Positions 38,640 to 46,429 of a stretch of DNA of 64,000 nt are shown here, one piece after another. Each line of letters starts with the position of its first letter. The first letter of the stretch is position 1. The DNA lies in NCBI GenBank assembly GCA_966250335.1, contig CBINGZ010000022.1, positions 11,218-75,217 of the forward strand. Reading direction: 5' to 3'. This stretch comes from an uncultured bacterium. GTDB taxonomy: Bacteria > Bacteroidota > Ignavibacteria > OLB7. Below the pieces are notes generated by a model that saw only the letters and a list, made by a program, of their open reading frames with translations, was not told the origin of the DNA and did not search any database. Position numbers and translations under genes: made by a program.

Positions 38640-38886
38640 GATAGATGGTCGTGTAAATTCTTCGAAATGATCTGCTGTCCGTTTTCAGGAATTCGTACGG
38701 ATTCCGGACAGATTCCGGATCAAGGTCGTGTGTGCCAACACTGAATTTTCCTGAATTTCGGGGAGATATGGTGTTGGCACGATTATTATATGTACCTCCG
38801 CTATCGGTGTGAGGACCGATCAGAATAATTGAATCCGCCCGAGGGCGGAACCAGGTACAGGTACAGGTAAACGAGGAGATTCCCTA
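38640..38886 (+). promoter_or_regulatory. Upstream regulatory region of pilin-like cassette 1 carrying inverted repeats and a TGGCAC box
   Basis: IR CTGTCCG (38675-38681) / CGGACAG (38705-38711). Direct repeat attccgga x2 (38701-38719). Near-perfect IR tGTGCCAACAC (38731-38741) / GTGTTGGCACg (38771-38780), whose right arm contains TGGCAC (38775-38780). Palindrome TCCGCCC-gag-GGGCGGA (38834-38849). SD-like GAGGAG 8 nt before the ATG. Confidence 0.35.
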
Positions 38887-39435
38887 ATGCAGAAGCAGGT
38901 CATTGCCCTCGCGGCAGCGTCCGCCATGGCACTTATCGGCGCGGCCGGAGTGCAGGCACAGTCCGCGTCGGTCAACAGCACCGCGACCATCGTCACGCCG
39001 ATCACGGCAAACGCCACCGCCCCCCTGGCGTTCGGGACGATCAACAAAGGCGCTACATCTTCGGTTGCAGCCACGAGCGCTTCGGCAGGCGCCGCAACGT
39101 TCAGCGGAGATGAGGGGGATAACATCACGGTCTCCGTTCCGGCAACGGCGACGATCAACACGACCTCGGGCGCGGGCTCAAGCATGACGGTCACGCTCAA
39201 CCGCGCTTCGCTGCGGTCGAACACGACGAGCGCCCAGGGATCGGCCACGACGCTCGACGCATCGAGCGGTTCGGCTGCGGCAAACCTGAGCACGGACGGA
39301 AGCGGTGACGGCACCGCCAGCGACGGCCTCGGCCAGCTCTACGTCTGGATCGGCGGCTCGGTCACGCCGGCGGCTGCACAGCAGCGCGGCACCTACAGCG
39401 GCACGTTTACGGTCAGCGCAGTCTATTCGAACTGA
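38887..39435 (+). CDS. Secreted pilin-like subunit, SCPU (spore-coat-protein-U)/DUF4402-like, paralog 1 of 3
   Basis: 182 aa with signal peptide (MQKQVIALAAASAMALIGAAGVQAQ). Low-complexity A/S/T/G-rich beta-type sequence. C-terminal YVWIGGSVTPAAAQQRGTYSGTFTVSAVYSN is like the SCPU/DUF4402 C-terminal strand. ~75% identical to 40944..41480 and 43685..44227. Confidence 0.6.
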   Translation: MQKQVIALAAASAMALIGAAGVQAQSASVNSTATIVTPITANATAPLAFGTINKGATSSVAATSASAGAATFSGDEGDNITVSVPATATINTTSGAGSSMTVTLNRASLRSNTTSAQGSATTLDASSGSAAANLSTDGSGDGTASDGLGQLYVWIGGSVTPAAAQQRGTYSGTFTVSAVYSN

Positions 39436-39492
39436 CCCCGAAGACCCTGTTCGATAGTGAGGGGTAGCCCCCCTGCCCCTAGCTTCGATCTG

Positions 39493-39540
39493 CCGGTCCG
39501 CACGAATAAGATTCTTCGTGCGGACCGGTTTATTTTCTAA
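39493..39540 (+). terminator. Rho-independent terminator after pilin-like gene 1
   Basis: CCGGTCCGCACGAA-taagattc-TTCGTGCGGACCGG (14-bp stem) followed by TTTATTTTC. Confidence 0.65.
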
Positions 39541-39671
39541 AGATCTCTCTCTTCTCCGCCCGAATCCGCCGGACGTGAGAGGAAGGAGAAGAGCAAGAAG
39601 TTTTCCGTAAGATGCGCTCGTTGCAATTACGCAGCCCGACCCCGACCCGCGCACCAATCTCCAAGAAAACC

Positions 39672-40622
39672 ATGAGCCGGACCGAACCATCCCAGGAAAC
39701 CCCGACCCCCGAGCCCTCCGGCCTCGAGATGGTGATTCATTCCCGCACACGCGAGATCGTCGAGGGTTTCAAGGTGAGGCGTGTGCTCCCTTCGGCGCGA
39801 AGGCGGATGGTCGGCCCGTTCATCTTCTTCGATCAGATGGGACCGGAAATCCTGACCGCCGGTCGAGCGCTCGACGTGGCTCCGCATCCCCACATCGGGC
39901 TTGCGACGGTTACGTATCTCTTCGACGGCGAGGCGTTCCACCGCGACAGCCTGGGAACACGGCAGCCGATCAGACCGGGAGATGTCAACTGGATGACGGC
40001 GGGACGTGGTATCGCGCACTCCGAGCGGACGCCGGAGAATCTCAGACTGACCGGATCGAAGATGTTCGGCATTCAGTCATGGGTGGCGCTGCCGACGAAA
40101 TATGAGGATACCGATCCGGCGTTCGCGCATCATTCCGCCGGGGAGCTCCCGGTGATCGAGGGGGAGGGAGCGGAGGTCCGTCTGATCGTCGGCGGGATGT
40201 TCGGTTCCCGTTCTCCCGTGCAGACCCTCTCGGAGACCTTCTACGCCGATGTGGCGTTGCGGCAGGGGGTCCGTTTCTCGGTGCCGGTCGATCAGGAGGA
40301 GCGCGCGGTCTACGTTCTGGAGGGGAGCATCGAGATTGCCGAGGAGGAGGGGAGCTACGCCGAAGGGGAGCTTCTGGTCCTCAGGCCGGGAGCCGTCGTG
40401 ACGTTGCGGGCTCCGGAGTCGGCTCCCGCCCGCGTCATGCTGCTGGGAGGGGCGACGATGGATGGTCCGCGGCATATCTACTGGAACTTCGTCTCCAGCT
40501 CCCGCGAGCGGATCGAGCAGGCGAAAGAGGATTGGAGGGAAGGGCGATTCGCTCCCGTTCCCGATGAAACGGAGTTCATCCCGCTGCCGGATGATCCTCC
40601 GCCTCCGGTGTCTTATCCGTAA
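39672..40622 (+). CDS. Pirin-family cupin protein
   Basis: [51 protein letters not shown] matches the pirin N-terminal cupin metal site (HPHRGFETVTY..GE..HRDS.G....GD.QWMTAG.GI.HSE). The start could alternatively be ATG 39729 (MVIHS). Confidence 0.85.
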   Translation: MSRTEPSQETPTPEPSGLEMVIHSRTREIVEGFKVRRVLPSARRRMVGPFIFFDQMGPEILTAGRALDVAPHPHIGLATVTYLFDGEAFHRDSLGTRQPIRPGDVNWMTAGRGIAHSERTPENLRLTGSKMFGIQSWVALPTKYEDTDPAFAHHSAGELPVIEGEGAEVRLIVGGMFGSRSPVQTLSETFYADVALRQGVRFSVPVDQEERAVYVLEGSIEIAEEEGSYAEGELLVLRPGAVVTLRAPESAPARVMLLGGATMDGPRHIYWNFVSSSRERIEQAKEDWREGRFAPVPDETEFIPLPDDPPPPVSYP

Positions 40623-40740
40623 GCTTCATACGACTGCTCTGCGAATCTCGGCCGGCGTCCACGCTTCTTTCTCTTCTCCTTCGCGGCCTGAAGGAGCGGT
40701 TCCGGTTTGACCCGATCTTGCCGACCGTATCCCTCCGGAA

Positions 40741-40943
40741 CTTCCGCCACCCTGTCCGAATCCACCCCACAGTCCGACTTCCGGACAATCGCTCAATCTC
40801 AGAATCCTCCATTTCCTCATGATTCCGCTGTTTTCGTTCCTGGCACAATTATGCAGGTGTTATAACGCAGACGGCGATTACGCCGCTCGATCAGACAAGC
40901 AGATAACGAACACGAAATAAACAACGCACTCAGGAACACAGTC
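40741..40943 (+). promoter_or_regulatory. Conserved ~190-bp leader (copy A) of pilin-like cassette 2: IR TGTCCGAA-N20-TTCGGACA-like operator plus TGGCAC box
   Basis: ctgtccgaatccaccccacagtccgacttccggacaat...ttcctggcacaattatgcagg... Near-identical leaders occur at 43497..43684 and 44413..44536. Confidence 0.45.
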
Positions 40944-41480
40944 ATGAAGAACCTCCTCTCGATCCTCGCCCTCTCGGTCATCGCTTCCGCCGCCGCCTTC
41001 GCTCAGTCGGCCTCGGTCACCAGCACCGCCACGATCGTCACCCCGATCACCGCGACGGCGACCGCCCCGCTCGCCTTCGGAACGATCACCAAGGGCGCCA
41101 CGGCGTCGGTTGCCGCCAACAACGCCGCCGCCGGCGCAGTCTCCTTCAGCGGCGACGAAGCCGACAACATCACGATCTCGGTCCCGGCAACCGCGACGAT
41201 CTCGACGACCTCCGGCGCAGGCTCGAACATGACGGTAACGCTCAACCGCGCAGCACTCCGCTCGAACACGACAAGCGCGCAGGGATCTGCCTCGACGCTG
41301 GACGCATCGAGCGGGACGGCAGCGGCGAATCTGAGCACGGACGGCAGCGGTGACGGAACGAACGGCGACGGTCTCGGCCAGCTCTACGTCTGGATCGGCG
41401 GTTCGGTGAGCCCGACGGCGACGCAGCAGCGGGGCAATTACAGCGGCACGTTCACGGTGAGCGCCGTCTACTCGAACTAA
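40944..41480 (+). CDS. Secreted pilin-like subunit, SCPU/DUF4402-like, paralog 2 of 3
   Basis: 178 aa; MKNLLSILALSVIASAAAFAQSASVTSTATIVTPITATATAPLAFGTITKG...YVWIGGSVSPTATQQRGNYSGTFTVSAVYSN; signal peptide. Confidence 0.6.
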   Translation: MKNLLSILALSVIASAAAFAQSASVTSTATIVTPITATATAPLAFGTITKGATASVAANNAAAGAVSFSGDEADNITISVPATATISTTSGAGSNMTVTLNRAALRSNTTSAQGSASTLDASSGTAAANLSTDGSGDGTNGDGLGQLYVWIGGSVSPTATQQRGNYSGTFTVSAVYSN

Positions 41481-41559
41481 GGATGGGACGCCGCTACGCG
41501 GCTTCGAACAAGAGCATGGAACATGCGGAGGCGCGACGGCGCGACTCTCTTACCCCGGT

Positions 41560-41595
41560 ATCCTCGCGGAAGGCGTTTCCGCGAGGATTTTTTTA
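41560..41595 (+). terminator. Rho-independent terminator after pilin-like gene 2
   Basis: ATCCTCGCGGAA-ggcgt-TTCCGCGAGGAT followed by TTTTTTT. The same stem sequence recurs after pilin gene 3. Confidence 0.65.
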
Positions 41596-41725
41596 TGATG
41601 GTGCAGTGTGGTCGATCGTCTCTTGATCTCACCGATCGAATTTGAGAGCAAGCCTCGGAGTGCGAGGGGGCTGTGCGGGTTGGTAGATTGCATCCCGTTG
41701 CCTGAGAGATGATCGAAAACGCGCC

Positions 41726-42814
41726 ATGAAGAGATCAATGAACAGAGAAAGAGCCCCCCTCATCGAACACGATCCCCGCTGGGCTCTGGTCGCGGCTCGT
41801 GACCGGAACGCGGACGGAACGTTCTACTACGCGGTCGTGACCACGGGAGTCTACTGTCGCCCATCGTGTCCGGCCCGGCTTCCCCGCCCGGAGAATGTGA
41901 CCTTCCACACGACACGTGAGGAGGCCGAACGGGCCGGGTTCCGTCCCTGTCGCCGCTGCCGTCCGGAGATGCCGTCGCTGGCGGAAGAGCATGCGGCAAG
42001 GGTCACCGAGGCGTGCCGGATCATCGAAGAGTCGGAGACGCCTCCCGGTCTGGATGAGCTGGCGAGACGGGTAGGAGTGAGCCGGTACCATTTTCACCGC
42101 CTCTTCAGGCAGAGTACAGGACTCACTCCCAGAGAGTACGCGGCGGCGCATCGCGGAAAGCGGGTGCGAAGCGCGCTCGTCGGCGGCGCGTCGGTGACGG
42201 AGGCGATCTACGATGCGGGCTACAACTCCAACGGCCGTTTCTACGAACAATCAAACCGGATGCTTGGAATGACCCCTACCAGCTATCGCGCCGGCGGCGC
42301 GGAGACCGATATCCGCTTTGCCGTCGGCGAATGCTCGCTCGGCTCGATCCTTGTGGCGAGCAGCGACAAGGGAGTATGCGCGATCCTCATGGGAGATGAT
42401 CCCGACGAGCTGACGCGCGACCTTCAGGACCGTTTTCCCCGAGCTCATCTGATCGGTGGGGAGAAGGAATTCGAGGAGCTCGTCGCCCGCGTCGTCGGGT
42501 TCGTCGAGACACCCCGCATCGGACTCGATCTGCCGCTGGATGTGCGGGGAACCGCGTTCCAGCAGCGGGTCTGGCAGGCGTTGTGCCGGATTCCGGCGGG
42601 GAAGACCGCAAGCTATACCGAGATCGCCGAGCAGATCGGTTCGCCGAAGTCGGTGCGGGCCGTGGCGCAGGCGTGTGCCGCGAACGCGATTGCCGTCGCG
42701 ATCCCCTGTCACCGTGTGGTCAGGACGGATGGAGGGCTCTCCGGATATCGGTGGGGAGTTGAACGGAAACGGGCGCTGCTGGAGAAGGAGGGAGCGTATG
42801 AAGGGAAACCGTGA
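41726..42814 (+). CDS. ada: Bifunctional Ada: Zn-Cys4 methylphosphotriester-DNA methyltransferase / AraC-type HTH / O6-methylguanine-DNA methyltransferase
   Basis: N-terminal Ada Zn-binding motif (VYCRPSCPARL...FRPCRRCRP). AraC HTH (LDELARRVGVSRYHFHRLFRQSTGLTPREY). C-terminal MGMT active site IPCHRVV with preceding QQRVWQAL; 362 aa. Confidence 0.9.
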   Translation: MKRSMNRERAPLIEHDPRWALVAARDRNADGTFYYAVVTTGVYCRPSCPARLPRPENVTFHTTREEAERAGFRPCRRCRPEMPSLAEEHAARVTEACRIIEESETPPGLDELARRVGVSRYHFHRLFRQSTGLTPREYAAAHRGKRVRSALVGGASVTEAIYDAGYNSNGRFYEQSNRMLGMTPTSYRAGGAETDIRFAVGECSLGSILVASSDKGVCAILMGDDPDELTRDLQDRFPRAHLIGGEKEFEELVARVVGFVETPRIGLDLPLDVRGTAFQQRVWQALCRIPAGKTASYTEIAEQIGSPKSVRAVAQACAANAIAVAIPCHRVVRTDGGLSGYRWGVERKRALLEKEGAYEGKP

Positions 42815-43322
42815 AACCGGGACGATCGAGAGGGAAGATCTCCCCGAACGTGTGGAACTCCTGGAGTGGAAGAGGATATCGGACGATCTCGACGACCGCG
42901 GATATGCCGTGATAAGCGGACTTCCCAGCCCCGAAGAATGCACGGCCCTCACCGCGCTCTACGATCACGATGATCTTTTCCGCAAGCATGTCGTCATGGA
43001 GCGCCACGGCTACGGACGCGGCGCATACAAATACTTCGACTACCCGCTTCCGGACCCGGTTGCGGCGTTGCGGGGATCACTCTACACGCGTCTTGCGCCG
43101 ATCGCGGACCGCTGGAATGATCTGATGGGGATCGATGTGCGGTTTCCGTCGCGACCGGAGGTGGTGCCGTTAAGAGAGGGGGATGCCGTCATCTTCGCCG
43201 TCCGCCACAGGCCGGTGCGGGGAACACGCGGGATCTACCGGGTCGCGATGCGTCACGGCGTCAGCCGGCTCCGTTCGGGAGGACGTCACACCCTCGGCAT
43301 CATCTTTCATGACGCGACCTGA
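42798..43322 (+). CDS. Small 2OG-Fe(II)-oxygenase-like protein, putative AlkB-type partner of Ada
   Basis: ATG 42798 overlaps the ada 3' end by 17 nt (operon-like). Candidate HxD (HDD in LYDHDDLF), distal His (VRHRP/AMRHG) and RxT-like (GGRHTLGIIF) elements; 174 aa. The assignment rests mainly on ada-alkB synteny, so it is tentative. Confidence 0.45.
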   Translation: MKGNRETGTIEREDLPERVELLEWKRISDDLDDRGYAVISGLPSPEECTALTALYDHDDLFRKHVVMERHGYGRGAYKYFDYPLPDPVAALRGSLYTRLAPIADRWNDLMGIDVRFPSRPEVVPLREGDAVIFAVRHRPVRGTRGIYRVAMRHGVSRLRSGGRHTLGIIFHDAT

Positions 43323-43342
43323 ACGGTAGCGATGACTCGGTA

Positions 43343-43376
43343 ATTCCGGAGGCGCCGGATCGGATCACGACCGCGG
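43343..43376 (+). terminator. GC hairpin after the ada-alkB-like operon (no T tail)
   Basis: GGCGCCG-gatcggatcacgac-CGCGGCGCC. Confidence 0.25.
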
Positions 43377-43496
43377 CGCCTGCCGGATCAATCCGACGTT
43401 TCGCAGGGCTGACTGAGAGACCATCTACCCCATGCCCGGCGGGGTTTCGAGGCTCCCGCGGTCGCCGGTCATCCCTTGAACACCTCCTCCTTTCTG

Positions 43497-43684
43497 TCCG
43501 AATCCACCCCACAGTCCGATTTTCGGACAATTGCCCCCTCCTAAGATCCCCCGTTTTTCCCTGATTCCTCACGTTCCTTCCTGGCACGATTCTGAAGGGG
43601 TTCTACCACAGAACGGCAATCGCGCCAATCGACAACACAGCAGATAACAACAACACGAATACAAAACGCACGCTCAACACTCTC
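43497..43684 (+). promoter_or_regulatory. Conserved leader (copy B) of pilin-like cassette 3 with exact IR TGTCCGAA-N20-TTCGGACA and TGGCACGATT box
   Basis: tctgtccgaatccaccccacagtccgattttcggacaattg ... ttcctggcacgattctgaagg ...; ends at ATG 43685. Confidence 0.45.
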
Positions 43685-44227
43685 ATGAAGAACCTCCTCT
43701 CCATCCTCGCCCTCTCGATCATCGCAACTTCCGCTGCCGTCGCCCAGTCGGCTTCGGTCACCAGCTCCGCCACCATCGTCACGCCGATCACCGCTGCTGC
43801 CACCGCTCCGCTCGCCTTCGGCACGATCACCAAGGGCGCCACCGCCACCGTCGCCGCCAACAGCAGCTCCGCCGGCGCCTTCAACTTCAGCGGTGACGAA
43901 GCCGACAACATCACCGTCTCGGTCCCGGCCACCGTCGTCATCTCGACGACCTCCGGCGCAGGGGCGAACATGACGGTGACGCTGGCGCGGAACGCGATGC
44001 GACACACGGGTCTGGTGAACGTCCCGTCGAACGGCGCGTCGGCCGTGGATGCCTCGAGCGGAACGGTGACGGTTGCTCTCAGCAGCGACAACCAGGGAGC
44101 GGGCGAGAACGGAGACGGTCTGGGTCAGGCATACATGTGGATCGGCGGCTCGGTGACGCCGGCGGCGACGCAGCAGCGCGGCAGCTACAGCGGGACGTTC
44201 ACGGTGAGCGCCGTCTACTCCAACTAA
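43685..44227 (+). CDS. Secreted pilin-like subunit, SCPU/DUF4402-like, paralog 3 of 3
   Basis: 180 aa; MKNLLSILALSIIATSAAVAQSASVTSSATIVTPITAAATAPLAFGTITKG...YMWIGGSVTPAATQQRGSYSGTFTVSAVYSN. Confidence 0.6.
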   Translation: MKNLLSILALSIIATSAAVAQSASVTSSATIVTPITAAATAPLAFGTITKGATATVAANSSSAGAFNFSGDEADNITVSVPATVVISTTSGAGANMTVTLARNAMRHTGLVNVPSNGASAVDASSGTVTVALSSDNQGAGENGDGLGQAYMWIGGSVTPAATQQRGSYSGTFTVSAVYSN

Positions 44228-44304
44228 GGATGGGAGGCCGCGACGCGGCGACAGAAGAAGCATTAACGCAGAGGCGCAGAGGGCTGCGCCTCTCCCAACC
44301 CCCA

Positions 44305-44342
44305 GATCCTCGCGGAGAGCCTTCCGCGAGGATTCTTTTTTC
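44305..44342 (+). terminator. Rho-independent terminator after pilin-like gene 3
   Basis: GATCCTCGCGGA-gagcc-TTCCGCGAGGATTC followed by TTTTTT. It is homologous to the terminator at 41560..41595. Confidence 0.65.
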
Positions 44343-44412
44343 TCTCACCTCTTCTTTCTCTCTTCTTTCTTACCTCTGTGTCCTCTGTGACTCCCTGTTC
44401 ATTTCTCTTCAT

Positions 44413-44692
44413 CTTCTGTCCGAATCCACCCCACAGTCCAACTTTCGGACAATCTCTTCGTTTGAAATCCCTTATTCCTTCATAATTCCGCCGTTTTCGT
44501 TCCTGGCACAATTATGCAGGTATTATCACACAGACGGCGATTATGGATCTGCCTCGACGCGGGACGGCGACGGCGAACCTGAGCACGGACGGAAGCGGCG
44601 ACGGGAGTGGGCGGTTCGGTGAGCCCGACGGCGACGCAGCAGCGCGGCAATTACACCGTCACGTTCACCGTCAGCGCAGTGTATTCGAACTA
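44413..44692 (+). pseudogene. Recombination remnant: conserved pilin leader fused to the 3' ~150 nt of a pilin-like gene (N-terminal ~110 codons deleted, frame disrupted)
   Basis: Leader copy C (ttctgtccgaatccaccccacagtccaactttcggacaatc ... ttcctggcacaattatgcaggtattatcacacagacggcgatta) runs directly into ggatctgcctcgacgc...ggttcggtgagcccgacggcgacgcagcagcgcggcaattacaccgtcacgttcaccgtcagcgcagtgtattcgaactaa. That segment is homologous to the 3' end of 40944..41480 but carries internal deletions; the only ORF (44543..44734) is out of frame with the pilin C-terminus. Confidence 0.6.
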
Positions 44693-44772
44693 AGCCTGCG
44701 GATGCAACACGGAAACTCGCCTGATGAATGGTAATTTGGTTCGGTGCCCGGCTCATCCGGCGCCGAACCGTC

Positions 44773-45648
44773 ATGTTGAACATCTTTATGACGATGCGCA
44801 TTCTCTCGATCACTCTTCTCGCTTTCCTTTCGCTCGCCTCGGCCGTCGTCGCACAGGTCGAGGTTGCTCCCACCAGAGTCATCCTCACCATGCGTGAGCG
44901 GTCCAAGGAGGTCAACGTCTCCAACACCACCGACAGCCCTCTGGAGGTCGACGTCCAGCTCGGCTTCAAGCTGATCACCTCCGATTCGGCGGGTGTGCAG
45001 GGGATCGACTCGGTCGGGACGCCGGAACAGCGCACCAGATCGGCCAGGGAGTGGCTGAAGGCGTTCCCGCGCCGGTTCACGCTCGACCCCCGTTCCTCCA
45101 GAACGGTGCGTGTCCTCGCGACGATACCGGATGCGGCGGAGGAGGGAGAGTACTGGGCACGTCTGATCGTGGCCGGCACCCCGGTCGCCGGATCGGTCCC
45201 TGTCGACGGAGATACGGCGCAGGGGATCGCCACCAATCTCGTCATGCGCCTCGAACTCGATTTCCCGGTGATCGTCCGGAAGGGAAATCCCTCCACCGGC
45301 ATCGAATTCAACGGACTTCAGGTCCGCCGGAGCGCCGCGGAGACGATCGCTCTGCTCGATATGACCAGGACCGGGAACAGCGCCTATCGCGGCACTCTCT
45401 TCGCGACGCTCAAGAACGCGTCGGGGGCCGAGGTCGCCAGGCTCGAGGAGCAGTTTACCACCGAATTCAGGTTCCGGAAGGCGCTCCGCTTCCCTTCCCT
45501 TCCCGACGGCAACTATCTGCTCGAGCTCGAATCGCGCACCGTCAAGAAGGGGAGCGCCAACGATGCGGTGATTCCCTCGACGGACGTGAGGAAGAGCTAT
45601 GCTCTCGCCGTCTCCGGTTCCTCCGTAACTGTTACCATGAAGGATTAA
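44773..45648 (+). CDS. PapD/CsuC-like periplasmic pilus chaperone candidate
   Basis: Signal peptide (MTMRILSITLLAFLSLASAVVAQ), then VEVAPTRVILTMRERSKEVNVSNTTDSPLEVDVQL, which matches the PapD_N first-strand pattern (l.pTRvi....k...l.v.N......lvq.w). ~290 aa, the two-domain chaperone size. It sits between pilin-like genes and a large outer-membrane protein gene. Confidence 0.55.
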   Translation: MLNIFMTMRILSITLLAFLSLASAVVAQVEVAPTRVILTMRERSKEVNVSNTTDSPLEVDVQLGFKLITSDSAGVQGIDSVGTPEQRTRSAREWLKAFPRRFTLDPRSSRTVRVLATIPDAAEEGEYWARLIVAGTPVAGSVPVDGDTAQGIATNLVMRLELDFPVIVRKGNPSTGIEFNGLQVRRSAAETIALLDMTRTGNSAYRGTLFATLKNASGAEVARLEEQFTTEFRFRKALRFPSLPDGNYLLELESRTVKKGSANDAVIPSTDVRKSYALAVSGSSVTVTMKD

Positions 45649-45909
45649 CTCCGACCGTTCTCATCATCATTAACCTAACCCCTCTTCCCGGGAAGCGCTC
45701 CGCGATTCTGTGAAGGGGGGTGAGCCGTACGCGCCTGTTCGTATGTCCGTATCCCGGAGGGACGCGGAGGGAACTGTACGGATTTCAGACATCATTCTCT
45801 TTCCATAAGCCCCATTTTCGCAAGGATTTTGCGGAAATCGACCCTGGCATAATTCTTATACCTTATTATCACAGAGCAGGCCGAGATCAGTGACGACGGT
45901 CGCGAAACA

Positions 45910-46398
45910 ATGACAGAGATCTGGACAATGGCAATCCGACACACGATAGCGATAGTGACGATGATGATCCTCTGCACGGTCACGACGGCGTTCTCACAGA
46001 CCGTCATGGGACTCGACGGTCTCGATTTCGGATCGCTCTATCGTTCGTCGACCGGCAGCATCGAGTATATCTCGAACGCCGCCGCCCAGTTCTCGGTCGT
46101 TGCCAAGGAGAAGAAGACGATCCGTCTTACCGTCACGGTCGTCAACCTCAAGCGCGATTCGAAGACGCTCCCGATCACGGTGACCAACAACGACTGCGCC
46201 TACAGTCTGGATGACGGCGCCAACTGGATCACCTTCTCCACCGGCTCCCTCTATCAGGATATTCCGATCCCGAAGGACAATGACAAGGGGAATCGCGAGA
46301 CGATTCTGGTGAGAGTGGGGGGATCGGTGACGGCATCGGCGACGCAGCAGCGCGGCAACTACAGCGGAACGGTATCTCTCTCCGTATCATACATCTGA
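45910..46398 (+). CDS. Divergent SCPU/DUF4402-like minor subunit (tip/adaptor candidate)
   Basis: 162 aa, hydrophobic N-terminus. C-terminal LVRVGGSVTASATQQRGNYSGTVSLSVSYI is homologous to the major-subunit C-terminus. A TGGCATAATTCTTATA box lies ~110 nt upstream. Confidence 0.5.
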   Translation: MTEIWTMAIRHTIAIVTMMILCTVTTAFSQTVMGLDGLDFGSLYRSSTGSIEYISNAAAQFSVVAKEKKTIRLTVTVVNLKRDSKTLPITVTNNDCAYSLDDGANWITFSTGSLYQDIPIPKDNDKGNRETILVRVGGSVTASATQQRGNYSGTVSLSVSYI

Positions 46399-46429
46399 CA
46401 TCAATAAGGCTTCCCAGATAATCTTCCCG

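Noticed and set aside
40825-40850. Sigma-54 promoter interpretation of the TGGCAC boxes upstream of the pilin cassettes
   Set aside because: Only two of five copies have a GC dinucleotide at the -12 position (TGGCACAATTATGCA), and there the GG-to-GC spacing is one base shorter than the canonical TGGCAC-N5-TTGCA. The other copies have TGAAG/TTATA instead. In cassette 1 the box is one arm of a perfect inverted repeat, which argues for a transcription-factor site. It is kept only as a low-confidence alternative in the findings.
40741-44536. CRISPR-like appearance of the repeated ~190-bp element
   Set aside because: There are only three copies, each ~190 bp with ~2.5-3 kb gene-containing intervals, and no cas genes. 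They are gene leaders, not a CRISPR array.
44543-44734. 63-aa ORF within the pilin remnant
   Set aside because: Its reading frame is shifted relative to the homologous pilin C-terminus, and it reads through the pilin stop into the chaperone leader. It is interpreted as part of the pseudogene, not a real gene.
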